Positions 13,006 to 24,878 of a DNA stretch of 64,000 nt are shown piece by piece. How positions within the stretch are numbered: the first letter of the stretch is position 1; each line of letters begins with the position of its first letter. Location: NCBI RefSeq assembly GCF_009914755.1, contig NC_060931.1; one strand, given 5' to 3'. The position numbers and the translations under genes are program-made. The stretch is from the human T2T-CHM13v2.0 reference genome, Homo sapiens. The notes beneath the pieces were generated by a model that saw nothing but the letters and a program-made list of their open reading frames with translations, ran no database searches and was not told where the DNA came from.

Positions 13006-13351
13006 CAGGCTGAGCATCCCTAGTCCAAAACTCCAAAATGCTCACAAATCCAAAACTTTCTAAGTACCAACATGACAACATAAGTGGAAAAATTTACACC
13101 AAACCTCATGTGATGGGTCTCAGTCAAAATGCAGGCAAAACTTTGCACAAAATTATTTAAAATATTGTACAAAATTACACTCAGGCTATGTATATAAAGT
13201 GTTTATGAAACATAAATGAGTTTTGTGTTTAGATTTGGACTCCATCCCCAAGACGTCTCATTATGTACATGCAAATATTTCAACATCCAAAAACTTTTGA
13301 AATCCAAAACACTCTGTTCCCAAGCATTTCAGATAAAGAATACTAAGTCTG
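13006..13351 (+). mobile_element. Tigger4b/MER46 (Zombi) DNA transposon
   Basis: TA|CAGGCTGAGCATCCCT...CAAGCATTTCAGATAAAGAATACTAAGTCTG|TA, with TIRs and a TA TSD. Confidence 0.85.
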
Positions 13352-13369
13352 TATTTTACATTTTTTTGT

Positions 13370-14850
13370 ACATTCACTAAAGGACCTATTATGAATCATA
13401 TGCTGAGGCTTCCATGATAAATAAGTTGGGAATGGATTAGCTAGACATGTCAAGATGCTTGGGATAGTTAAGCCCTTTGAAAGAGGTAACACAGGATGCA
13501 GTGAAACAAGGGTCATTTAACTATCTTAGAGGATGAGACTGGGTTTTTCAGGCGAAGAACAGAGGAAGTCTCTCTCAAGAAGAGTAGCAGCGTGTAAACT
13601 CTGGAAGTAAAAAGAAATACGGCTTATTTGAAAAATTGCTAAGCATAACTAGGAGATCAAGGCAATAGTTTTGCTTTAGAGAGAAATAAAGTTCAAGACA
13701 GAAGTAAGGGCCAAATCATCAAAGCCCTGTGTGCGCAGTGGTGTTTGCACTTCATCTTGAAAGCTCGGGGGAGCTATCAAAGAGCAATGTTGAGGATCAG
13801 ATGAATGCAACAGGCATATGACTATGGAAAACAGAAGAATTGAAAGGATAAGGCTGGGTGTGGGAACGATTCTCTGGAGTCCATGGCAGTTATCCTGGTG
13901 GGAAAAATAAAACAACTGAAGGATGGATTAAAGTATAGTAGTGGTAATGGAGCTAAAGAAAAGAGGAAAGCCTCAAGAGAGATTAAGGTCAAAAACATGA
14001 TAAGTCTTATGACTTTGGGGCATGGGAGTGAAGAAGGGATTCATAAACACCCAACATCCTAGGCTGAGCAACTAAGTGGAAGGTAGACAGAGAAGCAAAT
14101 CTGGAGAAAGTCCTCTGCCTAGAACCTCTCCCTGCAGAGAGCCCGTGACTCTCTTATTTACCTTGCTACAGTCTGGGCTCCAGGCCACCTCTCTGAGAGG
14201 GCTTCCTTGACTCTCCCACCTAAAATGCAAATACCGTCATCCTCCATTACCTTGATTAATTAGTAGTATTTTTCTTCAATGCATTCATCTGTTCCTGACA
14301 ACATACTATATTGTTTTCTGCTCATCTCGCCCATCAGAACACAAGTTCCATGTAGGTAGGAACAGTGTATTTCTCATTTGCTCCAGAGTGAATCTCCAGA
14401 GATGTATATGCCTGGGACAGAGTAGCTGCTCAGTAAATATTAATTGTGTGAGTGAGCGATGAGTTCAGTGCAGGACATGTTGAATTTTAGGTTTCTGCAG
14501 CACCTACGGTAGGACTTACTGAGATGCTGAGTAAGCAGTGAAAATGCAGGTCTGATGCTCGGAAGGAAAGCGGGGCTACATCCATCAGTGCCGCATGCAT
14601 CAGCCCAGTGATGAGGATAGCCGGGATGAGGGGGCTGTGGGTGATATCCTCCCCAGGGGAGTGGAAAAGAGAAGCCAAGGATGAATTCCTGAGATCTTCT
14701 ACATTTAATGGAGAAGAATAAGAGTCTGAAAAGCATCTGGGGCAGTTAAAGAAAACCCAGGAGGTAGCGATACCATGAAAGCCGAGAAAACAGTTTCAAG
14801 GAAAAGGTTTGATTAACAACAGGGCCAAAACCACAGAAGAGTCAAGAGAA
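13370..14850 (-). mobile_element. L2 (antisense) interrupted by a sense L2 fragment at ~14100-14455
   Basis: GAGTTCAGTGCAGGACATGTTGAATTTTAGG and similar L2 ORF-end motifs. The nested piece ends GTAGCTGCTCAGTAAATATTAATTGTGTGAGTGAG. Confidence 0.6.
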
Positions 14851-15667
14851 AGATGTCCTGTTAAACACATATATATATATAGTTTTCTCTCTCTCTCTGT
14901 CTCCCTCCCTCTCTTCCCCCAGCAAAATACCTAATGCAAGAAGTCAAGATTGGAGAACCAAAGCATTTTTCTTCTGATCTTTAACCACAATCCCACATTA
15001 TCCATCATTTCTTTAACTGTAAATTTCTATTATAGCTTCTTATCACAGTTTCTAGCCCATAGATTACTGTATTTTACAAATATATATATTTAGAAGCATA
15101 TATATATGTAGAGAGAGAGAGAGAAGCAGCCTTACAAAATTAATTCTAATTATTTTCAAAATCAAAAGTCATTTCAGTTCTAGGTCAGAGCTCCCAGGAT
15201 CGCCTATGAAAAGTTCTGAAGGAAAAACCTGGATAACATTTCTCTTTCCACAAGTCTCGCAAGGACATTCAGACCATCTGATTCATAACTCCCAGGAGAT
15301 CAGGCTGATCCAGCACTTGTCCTTGTAAAAGCCGAAACCCTTTCCTTGGGATGCAGCAGCCTTATCACATGACCTCGGCTGGCCTAGCAGAGCAGGTGGG
15401 TGTGCCATAATAAAATGCATTATGAAGGCCACCCTAGGAACTTTGGGAAGGGACTGGACTTGCCTCAAAAAGTATGCACATCCAGTTGGGGCGCAGGAGG
15501 GAGGAGGGGCCTGAGAGGGTAAATAAAGCCAGAGCTGCTAGGAGCTGAATTCCCTTTCCAGCAGCATCCTGAAGTCTTTGTTTCAGAATAAACTGGTGAC
15601 AAGGAGAAAGGAGAGGAGGGGAGGGACAAGCTGGTGTCCTTTGGCCCATTACGTGCCTTTAGGTTTC

Positions 15668-15803
15668 CAGTGGTTCTCAGGCTTGCTACTCATTGGAATT
15701 ACCTGGGGAGCTTTGAAAACCCTGGTATCCAGGGACAGGACCCAGACATTAGTATGTTTTTAAGCTTTCCAGGTGATCCCAATGTGCAACCAAATTTAGA
15801 GCT
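15668..15803. mobile_element. MER5A1-like hAT-Charlie MITE
   Basis: CCAGTGGTTCTCA...GAATTACCTGGGGAGCTTT...CCAGGTGATCCCAATGTGCAACCAAATTT. Confidence 0.75.
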
Positions 15804-15913
15804 TTAATACAACTGCCTAGCCTAGGATCACTCCTGGAATGTCCTGGGAGGGCATTCTCCAGACCCGGTTATCACGGACCCCTGGAGAGGGTCAATGGTC
15901 ATCACAGAGTGCA

Positions 15914-16047
15914 GGGAAATTCCCTGACCTTGTCTCGTTAAGCAGTGCAAGCAGCAGCAGTTTCACAGGGCACATGACCCCCATGGCAGCCAAAAAGGGA
16001 ATTAGCCACTTCAGCGGAGACGTTGCTTAAGGCAAAGGAATTTCCCC
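15914..16047. promoter_or_regulatory. Two consensus NF-kB sites
   Basis: GGGAAATTCCC at 15914-15924. GGAATTTCCCC at 16037-16047 (reverse complement GGGGAAATTCC). Motif match only. Confidence 0.4.
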
Positions 16048-16829
16048 TTGTGCTCCTCATTTGCCCAAACAGAACACACGGTTTACTCATCCATTCTGAA
16101 GAAATATTTTGAGTTCTCAAGGATGTAGTCATTGTTCTATAAAGCCTTACAATTTAAAGTGTGAGCCCAAAACAGGAGTTTTGTCATCTTTGGGAAGCTT
16201 GGTGTGAATTCAGAATCTCTGGTTCTACCCTAGACCTGCCCAAAACTGTGTAAATACTGCTGGACTGGATGGAACACAGGATGTATTAGAATATTTTTCC
16301 TGTATTGAAATGTACACAAGAAAGGAAGACATGCTCATGGATTGACACATCTTGAGAAAGACTTGGGAGAAAAAGACAAAACAAATGTGTCAAAAAGAGA
16401 GAATGTAATATACAACCTTGCTTCATTTGAAACTGATTTTTGTTGTTTGTTTTTGTTTCGTTTTGTTTTTTACTTACCACCAGGAAATAGCTAAATTGAG
16501 TAAGAACATCTTAAAACTTAAGGGAGAAAAACTGAGTGATCAACCAAAACCTCAAGAGGAAATAATTAAGAATTTCTGGGGGGAAAATAGTGATAGTCTG
16601 TGAATGAGGACCCTACCGTATTAGCGCAATAATTAATGAGCCTAAAAGACACTGGTTACCATATGACTTTCCCTAAGCCTCAATTTCTTTAGGTGTAAAA
16701 CAATACATTTAAATGAATAATCATTGTGGTCTCTTCTTGCTCAAAATTTTACCATTTGAAGATCCTTGACATTGAATCAAATATCCAAACCCAAATGAAA
16801 ATAATTGTACACAGTTTTAAGGATTATTT

Positions 16830-16847
16830 TACCACTAGGTGGCAATG
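16830..16847 (+). promoter_or_regulatory. Candidate CTCF site
   Basis: TACCACTAGGTGGCAAT contains the CTCF core CCACYAGRKGGCR. Confidence 0.45.
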
Positions 16848-17639
16848 TTGATTAAAAAATGTGAGAAACCAATGTAAACATCATTTTATTGTATTTTGTG
16901 GCTGACCTAAATCTGTTTTCCAAGGTTCGGGACATCAAAAAATTGAAGAATTGCACTACTATGCACTCGAGACCAAGAACTGAAACGTAGATTTGGAAAA
17001 TATTCAGTAAAGGGACAACTGGAAAGGAAAGAAAAGCAGCTGCCTGAGGTTGACAGAGACAGTGAAACGCAGCAGGCCAAGCATAGAAGCTCACGGGATG
17101 AATGACCAGGGAGGAAATTCAGTAAACCTGGGTAGCCAAAGGATTCCAGATGCTGGTAATGTCCCCAAGGAGATTGCTGGCCCTTCATCCATGCTTGGTA
17201 CCTTGAGAGGGCCCTAGGCTAAACACATGCCATGAGCTATGATTGCTGGCAAGCAAATCTCATCACAATTTTTCTAATTTGTTTTATATCTGATTCCTAG
17301 CTACTATCTTCAATGTCTGGCTATTCCTATGGATTTCTGATTTTGCTGTGCTCTAGGACATAGCACTTCGGCTGTCCCTAGGAATTCATGCTTCAACTGC
17401 ACCGCCTTACCTTGCTTCTACCTCCTGGACCTCACACAAACGACCCTAACTCAGGCAATGTTTGCACACCCCCTCCAGATTCCATGTCTGCTAAAGCATC
17501 GCATCTTGAAACTCCACAGAACCACTTCAAGCAAAGAATTACCAATCGTTAGGGCTGGAAGAAATTTAGAGATGTCATCATACCATTCCCTTTTCATTTT
17601 CAAAATAAAGGGAAAGAAACAGATATAATAATTACTTAA

Positions 17640-18145
17640 TATTTAATAAGTTCTTGGCTGAAGGAGATTTATTAACTCTTATAACAAAAGTTCCAATACA
17701 AGCAGCTCCAGTTAATTCAATGGTTCAGCAACACTATCAGGGCCCAGGTTCCCTCCACTCTCTCAACTTTGCTGTCTGCAGTGGACTGCCTAAGATGCCT
17801 TTGCATGCCAAGAAAGCTGTCTCAGCTCCAAGCACCACATCCGGACACACCAAAGTCCAAAAGAATGGGTCATTTTCCCCTTGTGCATCTCTTATTTAAA
17901 AATGAGAAAAAGCTTTCACGGAAACATACCAACAGATGTGCCTTCACAATTTATTGACCAGAACTGGGTCACCTGCCCAATCCTCCACAAGTCACTGTTG
18001 AGAGAACGGAAGGATCATAATTGGCTTTGACAAATCAGATCTGACTCATGTGGAGAAGAGGTGGACATTGGCACAAAACGGGTACTGCCAGCATGCAAGA
18101 AAAGAAAAATAAATCTTTGGTAAGTGAACCAGCACTGATTGCTGT
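17640..18145 (-). mobile_element. MLT1-type MaLR LTR
   Basis: TCAATGGTTCAGCAACACTATCAGGGCCCAGGTTCC...TATTGACCAGAACTGGGTCACCTGCCCA. Confidence 0.6.
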
Positions 18146-18214
18146 ATTGGGGTAGTGTAACTAAACACTAGGACATCACTGTGTTCAAGAAATAGGAGAG
18201 ATCAGAAAAGAAGG

Positions 18215-18385
18215 AATGGGCACTTGCCTGTACTACCACTTTGTTGGGAGGATGAGGCGGGAGGATCCTTTGAGCCCAGGGGTTCAAGGCTACAGTGAGC
18301 TATGATTACACCACTGCTTTCCAGCCTGGGCAACAGACTGAGGCCCCATCTCTTTAAAAGGTTAAAAAGAAAAAGCAAGAAAGAA
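18215..18385 (+). mobile_element. Alu right monomer (FRAM/AluJ)
   Basis: GGGAGGATCCTTTGAGCCCAGG...CAGTGAGCTATGATTACACCACTG...CAGCCTGGGCAACAGA with an A-rich tail. Confidence 0.85.
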
Positions 18386-18791
18386 AACAGGGGACATTCA
18401 GGCAACTCAGACTCAAAGAATATTCCTTTAGCATCGGATATTAGTCCCACTATGACCTTCACTAGTCAGCTGATAGGAAGCTGATAGCTGCTGCTACTTC
18501 TCACACATCAGCATACTTTGCTCAGATGTATGCATCATTGTTCACTTGTCAAGCTGTTATGAGCAGCAGTTTTTCACAATGAACCAAATGAGGATGGAAG
18601 GTCAAATTAGGCTCTTAATTTGTCATCCGTTGATTCATGCACTGAAATTGAGCAAGCATTATTGCATGCTGTGACCCCTCACTCTCACAGAATTTACACT
18701 CAATCATTCTGTAATTATAAAAGCCCTATTTGGTAGCTGAGCCGAGAGATATCAAGACTGAACAGAAGCTCTCCTGGAACTTTCTCTAAGC

Positions 18792-18975
18792 CGATGGTTC
18801 TCACAATTCAGGTGTGTATCAGAACCACCTGGAGGGCTGGTTAAAACACGGACTGCTGGGCTCCACCACCAGACTTGTGGATGCAGTAGGTATGGGATGG
18901 GGTCCAAGAATTTGCATTTCTAACTTCCAGGAGATGCTGATACAGCTACCCTGGGGACATCATTGAGGACTATGG
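18792..18975. mobile_element. MER5A
   Basis: ATCAGAACCACCTGGAGGGCT...AAGAATTTGCATTTCTAAC. 8-bp TSD CTCTAAGC / CTCTAGGC. Confidence 0.8.
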
Positions 18976-19219
18976 CTCTAGGCGAGTCTGAAAGACTCCC
19001 AAACTGTTCAAAACTGCTACAGCCTTGGCTTTAACCATTTCTGTGACAGAAACTTTCTAAGTCCCAAAAGCTGCCATAAGACCTAGCTCTCTCACACAAA
19101 GTCAATTCCATTTCTATGGATCTTGAAGGTATTACATCTATATCTGGTGGATCCTAGACTACACATACTCTGCTAACATATGCACAGACACACACACAGC
19201 TGGCTTTGGATGCTCGGGT

Positions 19220-19800
19220 ATTCACTTATTTACTTAAAAAAAATTACTGAATGCTGCTATATGCCACACAATGAGCTAGGCTTTTCTAGAAGAAATTAAA
19301 ATACATATAGGCCCTTCTTAATGGCCTTGTGTGACATCAGAGAAGACCAAAGCATGTACACACATGTAGTTATATGTGTACATGTGTAACTACAATGCAA
19401 GCTTGCAATACAAGCCATAAAGAATATATAAAGGGAGGTGGGATGTCAGGACATAAAACAGCGTTTTATGGAGATAAGAAGAGGTTCCAAGAAAAGATGT
19501 GATGGTTAAGCTGGACCTTTAAAGAATGGGCACCGGGGTGGAATTGGGACACAGGAGATAAATCACAGGCCACTTCAAAGTGTAAACAATATGAGTCAAA
19601 GAACATTTTTAAAAAGCACTAAGTATCCAGTATATTGAAAATAAGCAACTCAGTATTATCAAGGTGAAGATGCTGAAGTTACACTAACTAAAGTGTTGAG
19701 AAGGCTTTTCAGTACCAGGACAAGGGAGCAACCAAAAGTTTTTTAAGCAGGGAGCTGAAATACTAAGTACTATTAACCCAACAGTGTTAGACTCGTTGGC
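19220..19800 (-). mobile_element. L2 3' fragment
   Basis: ATTCACTTATTTACT..TTACTGAATGCTGCTATATGCCA..GCTAGGC, the antisense L2 tail. Confidence 0.55.
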
Positions 19801-20875
19801 AGCTAGCTACCTTTAAGAAACAGCCAAGATGTAAGATTAAATCAAAAATTCAACTGAGAATTTCCTTAGGATTCCCTGGGGATAGCTAGGAAGTCATTCA
19901 GTGTGCTACATGTATTTTTAGATGGAAGAAAAAAAAAGCTAATGCAAAAAGATATATAAATAACCCATGCAAGCAAACCCCAAGCTGAAACTTCACTTGC
20001 AAAAAAGGCATTTAATCAAGTCCACTATAATATTAAAAAATCAACATGTCAGAGTCAAAACCTCTTTGAATTTTAGAGCAAATCACATATTTAATGCTTT
20101 TTTTAAAAGCATAAAGTCAAAAGAACTAGTTTCCACTTTTTCATGGTGACATCGCGATCAACCAGAAAAGTTCTTTTGTAAATAGCAGCTTTACACATCT
20201 GAGTTTTTAACCAAAACTCCTCAGGGCTTTCACAGTATTTCCCCAGGTATTCCTGGAAGAATACAAAGTGGGTTTAGATGACAGGATTAACTATATTATT
20301 ATTTTAATAGTTGAATACTTATTTTAACATACAATGAAAAATACGACTAGTCTACCAGATTCATTAATTTGCAGATATTATTGTTTATAAAATATTAAGT
20401 AATAATAGTAATATGGTCATGTCAAAAATCTGCTATTCAAGACCTCTGGCTTGTCAGATCTTTAATGCCTCTAAGGAGATCAGATGCTACCTAAAGCAAG
20501 GGCTGCTGGGGGTCATTTCATCTCATGCCAAAATGCAGACCAGTGAAAACACTGATTCCAGTTAAAGGCAGTTATAATACCAAGAGTTCTTTTAGTGTTT
20601 TATTTTCAAGCCGGGTTTGATGGGGGGAAAAATTTCAAAGACTCCTGGGCATACAAACTTGTTCTGGAGCCTCTTGAAGCTATTGTTTCTCTTGAACCTC
20701 TCTGACCAGGTAACTCCCAGACAAACAAATCAACAAATATAAGATATATTTAAAACTGCCTTATTTTCAGAAGCAAATGCTGCTGCTGAAAGGCAACACT
20801 CCACGGTACACCCCTCTGCAACCATAAATTCATCAAAATTAAAACCCTTCTTTGCTCTTTCTGTGAGAATACTCT

Positions 20876-21259
20876 ACATCTAAGCTCCAGCTTCCAGAGC
20901 AAAATGCCATAGACTGGGTGGCTTAAACAACAAACATGTATGTCTCATAGTTCTGCAGGCTGAAAGTTCAAGATCAGGGTGCCAGCAGGGATGGGTTGTG
21001 GCAAGGGCCCTTTCCTGGCTTGCAGATGGCTGCCTTTTTGCTGTGCACTCACACGGCCTTTCCGCAGTGCACTTTGCGTCCTGGATCTCTGTCTTCCTCT
21101 TCTTATGAAGGCACTAATCTTATCATATTAGGACCGCACCCTTATGATGTCATTTAACTTAATGACTTCCTTAAAGGCTCTATCTCCAATACCGTCACAC
21201 AGGAAGTTAGGGCATCCATATATAAATTTGGGGGTGGGAACACAATTCAGTCCATAGCA
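20876..21259 (-). mobile_element. MLT1A/B MaLR solo LTR
   Basis: ATAGACTGGGTGGCTTAAACAAC...GGAACACAATTCAGTCCATAGCA. Confidence 0.85.
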
Positions 21260-21421
21260 CCCCACTTTTAGAACCTTGCTTTTCTTTCACAAAAAATCTA
21301 CCACTCTCTCAATCACACATGATTATTCACTGACTGCCTCAAATGAATTGGCAGTGTGTTTTCTAGTTCACTTTCTATCCACTTTGATATGGTGAATTTA
21401 AATGGAGAGAATTACTACTGA

Positions 21422-21739
21422 TTTTTTTTTTTTTTTTTTTTTTTTGAGATAAGGTCTCACTCTGTTACCCAGGCTAGAGTGCAGTAGTATGATCCCTGCC
21501 ACCTCCACTTCCCAGGCTCAAAGTCAAATCTGGCCTTAGATTGATTCTCCTATGTCAGCCTCCAGAGTAACTTGACTATAGGTGTGTGCTACCATGCCCA
21601 GCTAATTTTTTGTATTTTTAGTAGAGACAGGGTCTTACCAGGTTGCCCAGGCTGGTCTTAAACTCTTGGACTCAAGTAATCCACCCCCCTCGGCCTCCCA
21701 GTTTGTTGAGATTACAGGAGTGAGCCACCACGCCTGGCC
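21422..21739 (-). mobile_element. AluJ-like, antisense, with a non-Alu ~20-bp insert
   Basis: Poly-T and dimer. Insert at 21519-21540. Confidence 0.9.
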
Positions 21740-22539
21740 ACTACTGTATTTTGAACTACAGGTCTCTAAATGTTCTCTAAAGATCCGTAAAGTGCCAAGA
21801 ATTCTAAGCAGTTTCAGGTGTGAATTAACTGGCTGCTTTCTCCAACCCCTCTATGTCAGGGGCAGCCATAGATATTCATGGAACACATGGAGATTCTCCA
21901 TCCACTACCATCTGGGTTACAAACAAAACACTCAAACTCAGAAGGATAACCTTGTTGCAAATGTGGTCACCCCAGCAATCTGAGAAGATGCTCACACTGA
22001 CTAGTCCCCATAATTTTGATAAATTGAAATCATTATCCTGCAGCAACAAGAGAAAGCTACATCTTCTTCCTGTCCGTTGTACCCAGGCTCTGCTTGAGTG
22101 TAGTGCCATCCTGGGGACTTTACCCATCTCTAATAATATCTTAATACCTACTCAATCTGTTCACCAGCCTTTTTCAAAACTTTTTCAAATATCTTTTTCA
22201 GATATTCTATGCCCACTTATAGGTAGTTTAGTACTGTCTAAATGTTCAGATGTTGAATTGTGTCATCTGTGTGCTACGCTGGATTTTAGAGACAGTTCCA
22301 TGGCCTTGGGGAGTGTATCAGGAGAAAGCAGACTTTTAGCTGTAAATCACGCAATACCCCCCAAAATAGTGGCTTATGCAAAAGACAATAAGTTATCTCG
22401 TATAACCCACATCTGGAGGATAGCAGTGCCTGGCATTCACTCAACAGACTTCACTATGTTAGGACCAGCATGTAGGAGTCTCCTGTCCTCTTCTTGGTAG
22501 TCTGCAAAGTCAAATCTGACCTTGGAGAATTAATATTCT

Positions 22540-22860
22540 CTCTTATTCACTCAAAAAATATTGGTTGAACGCTACTATATTTCAGGCACTATGTATGCTA
22601 GGCTTTTCTGGGGAGTATAAATATATACACAGGCCTGCTTAGAAAGCCTTATATGACAGCAGAGAAAAACAGACATGGAGACCATAAGAACCATAAAGGA
22701 GGTATAGATACCATGTCATGGAGACATAGGAGATAGAATAATCACTGTATTCAGGAAGACTAGAAAAGGTTTCCAGGAAAGAGGCGATAATTGAGCTGGG
22801 TTCACAAGTATGAGAAGGATTGGGACATGGTGGCAGGAGATGGAGTACGCAGGCTGCTCC
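22540..22860 (-). mobile_element. L2 3' fragment (resembles the copy at 19220)
   Basis: ATTCACTCAAAAAATATTGGTTGAACGCTACTATATTTCAGGCACT. Confidence 0.6.
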
Positions 22861-23194
22861 CAGCTGAATAAATTATGTGAGACAATGAACGTCACTAGAA
22901 AAGCATTAAGGACTTTGGGGGAAACAACTGCTGAGCCTCACACTTGTGCAAGTTGCCTGAAGACGAATAGGCATCCTCAAGACAGGAAGAAAAGGGAAAA
23001 GGGGGGCAAAGTCTCCCCTAAAAGTTCCCATCACCCTCCTACTTGTCTCATAGCCAAACACTGTGTCCCAGGGCCACCCCTAGCCAAAAGAGAGGTTTGA
23101 GAAAGTGACTCTTCAGTTCTTCCTGTCTCTACAATGAAGATGGACAAGGGAGAAAGGGGTGGGAGTGTGTGAGATTAGCAGCCAAGGATGTCTA

Positions 23195-23350
23195 TCACAG
23201 CAAGTCACTTAATCTTTCTGGGTCCCTGATTTCTTCTCTGAAAATGGGAATAATGATGCCTTCCTAGCGGGCCTATTGTGAGGATTAAATGAAACATGAA
23301 ACATCTATATGTGTCCCAGCATCTAGCATATAATAGGAGCTCAATATGTT
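23195..23350 (+). mobile_element. MIR
   Basis: GCAAGTCACTTAATCTTTCTGGG...AAAATGGGAATAATGATGCC...TTGTGAGGATTAAATGA. Confidence 0.7.
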
Positions 23351-23504
23351 CGCCTTCCCTCCTAGTTTATGTTTCTCAGTCACATCTAGTTTTTGCTCTC
23401 AGTGATTATGGACACAATGTGACATTTACAATTATGACAAGTTAATTGACAGGATAATTAATTTTGCTCTCATTAAATAGGGACTCTTTCTTTCTTTTTT
23501 TTTT

Positions 23505-23988
23505 TAACAAGAGAAAAAAAAGTTTTAATTATGAACGAATACGCATGCACGGGAGTTCACAGAGAAAACAATGTATCTCTAGGAGGTAGCCAGATGATTG
23601 AGGCTTATATACCATCTTAGGCTAAACAAAGGAAAAGGAGTTTGGGCCTTCTAGGGAGGGGGGGAGGTGGCAAGTTATGGGAGAGTGACCAAGAAAAGCA
23701 TGGTCAACAAAGGTTATTTAGTAAGATTCATTATGCAGGTTTACATCAGTACCTTCCCCATGGATAGAGTTGGTATAGTCCTCCTCTTCCTGGTCCTCCT
23801 CTCCTGGAGAAAGAGACAGGTTTACAAATAGAGATGTTCTTTATAAATGTAAATTTCCTTTACAGAAAGAACAATTTTCCCCATTTTTAAAGCTTTTCCT
23901 GCATCTGCTGGTTCTCAATGGCCTTTAGCTCAAAATAATCCATATGCTAAAGAGGCATACTTTGGTTGGCATATTCCAGGTCCCTTCA
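23505..23988 (-). mobile_element. MER34-family ERV1 LTR
   Basis: The reverse complement starts TGAAGGGACCTGGAATATGCCAACCAAAGTATGCCTCTTTAGCATATGGATTATTTTGAGCTAAAGG, the MER34 5' end. Confidence 0.75.
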
Positions 23989-24689
23989 GCAGAATTTGAG
24001 TGTCCCCGATGATCCTTCCCATGAAAGCCAAGCTCTGCTTTGTATCTGTGGTGAGTCTTCCTGCCCTCCCCTAGTGATGGGAGATCCTAATGGTGATAGT
24101 GTAGGATTCTGGCCCAGGGCATTTTGTAACCCCCAGAGTAAAGAGTTTGCCTTTCCTCAGCAGCAATGAGTCTGTATCTGCCTTAGATGCTGCAAATGTT
24201 GCTGCCTCCTCTTCCGGCAGCTTAAGACTTTTGCTTTGGGTAAAGGATCAGGCAGAAAGGTGGGGCTTCCTGCTTCCCCCACTCCTACCTGCCACTCCCA
24301 CCCCTGCAATGGTATCTAAACATGCCCTGTGGCCCTGCACTACCAAGAAGGCTCTCTCCAACCTCTTATCCCAATCTTTCTGGAAAAGACTCTTTTCTTC
24401 CTTATAGTAAGAGAATTGCCAAGGCTTTACTCTCCTTACCCCAGAGATTTTGTGTTGCAGGGCTAAATTCTGCATTGCCTGGTATCCAAAAATCAATGTC
24501 CAACCACCACCTTACCACATCTTCACTATTCTTTGATATTTATGCATAGGAAACTTAGCTCATTCAGGAGAATTATGCCAGATACTCTGAGAGGTAAACG
24601 GATAGAAGAATGGGATTAGAGTTGAAGATGTGGGCATATCAGAAGGAGATATACAATATTGATGGTTTCTGACGAGGTTGGCTGACCAA

Positions 24690-24878
24690 TGCAAGAGGAT
24701 TGCTTGAGGCCAGGAGTTTGAGACCACCCAGGAACAGAGGACAACGTAGTGTGATACCATCTCTAAAAAAAAATTTTTTTTTTTATTAGCCAGGGTATAG
24801 TGGTGTGAGCCTGTAGTCCCAGCTATTCAGGAGGCTGAGGTGGGAAGATCGCTTGAGCCCAGGAGTCTTAAAAAAAAT
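24690..24878 (+). mobile_element. Partial AluJ
   Basis: GAGGATTGCTTGAGGCCAGGAGTTTGAGACC...CTGTAGTCCCAGCTA...GCTTGAGCCCAGGAG. Confidence 0.85.
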
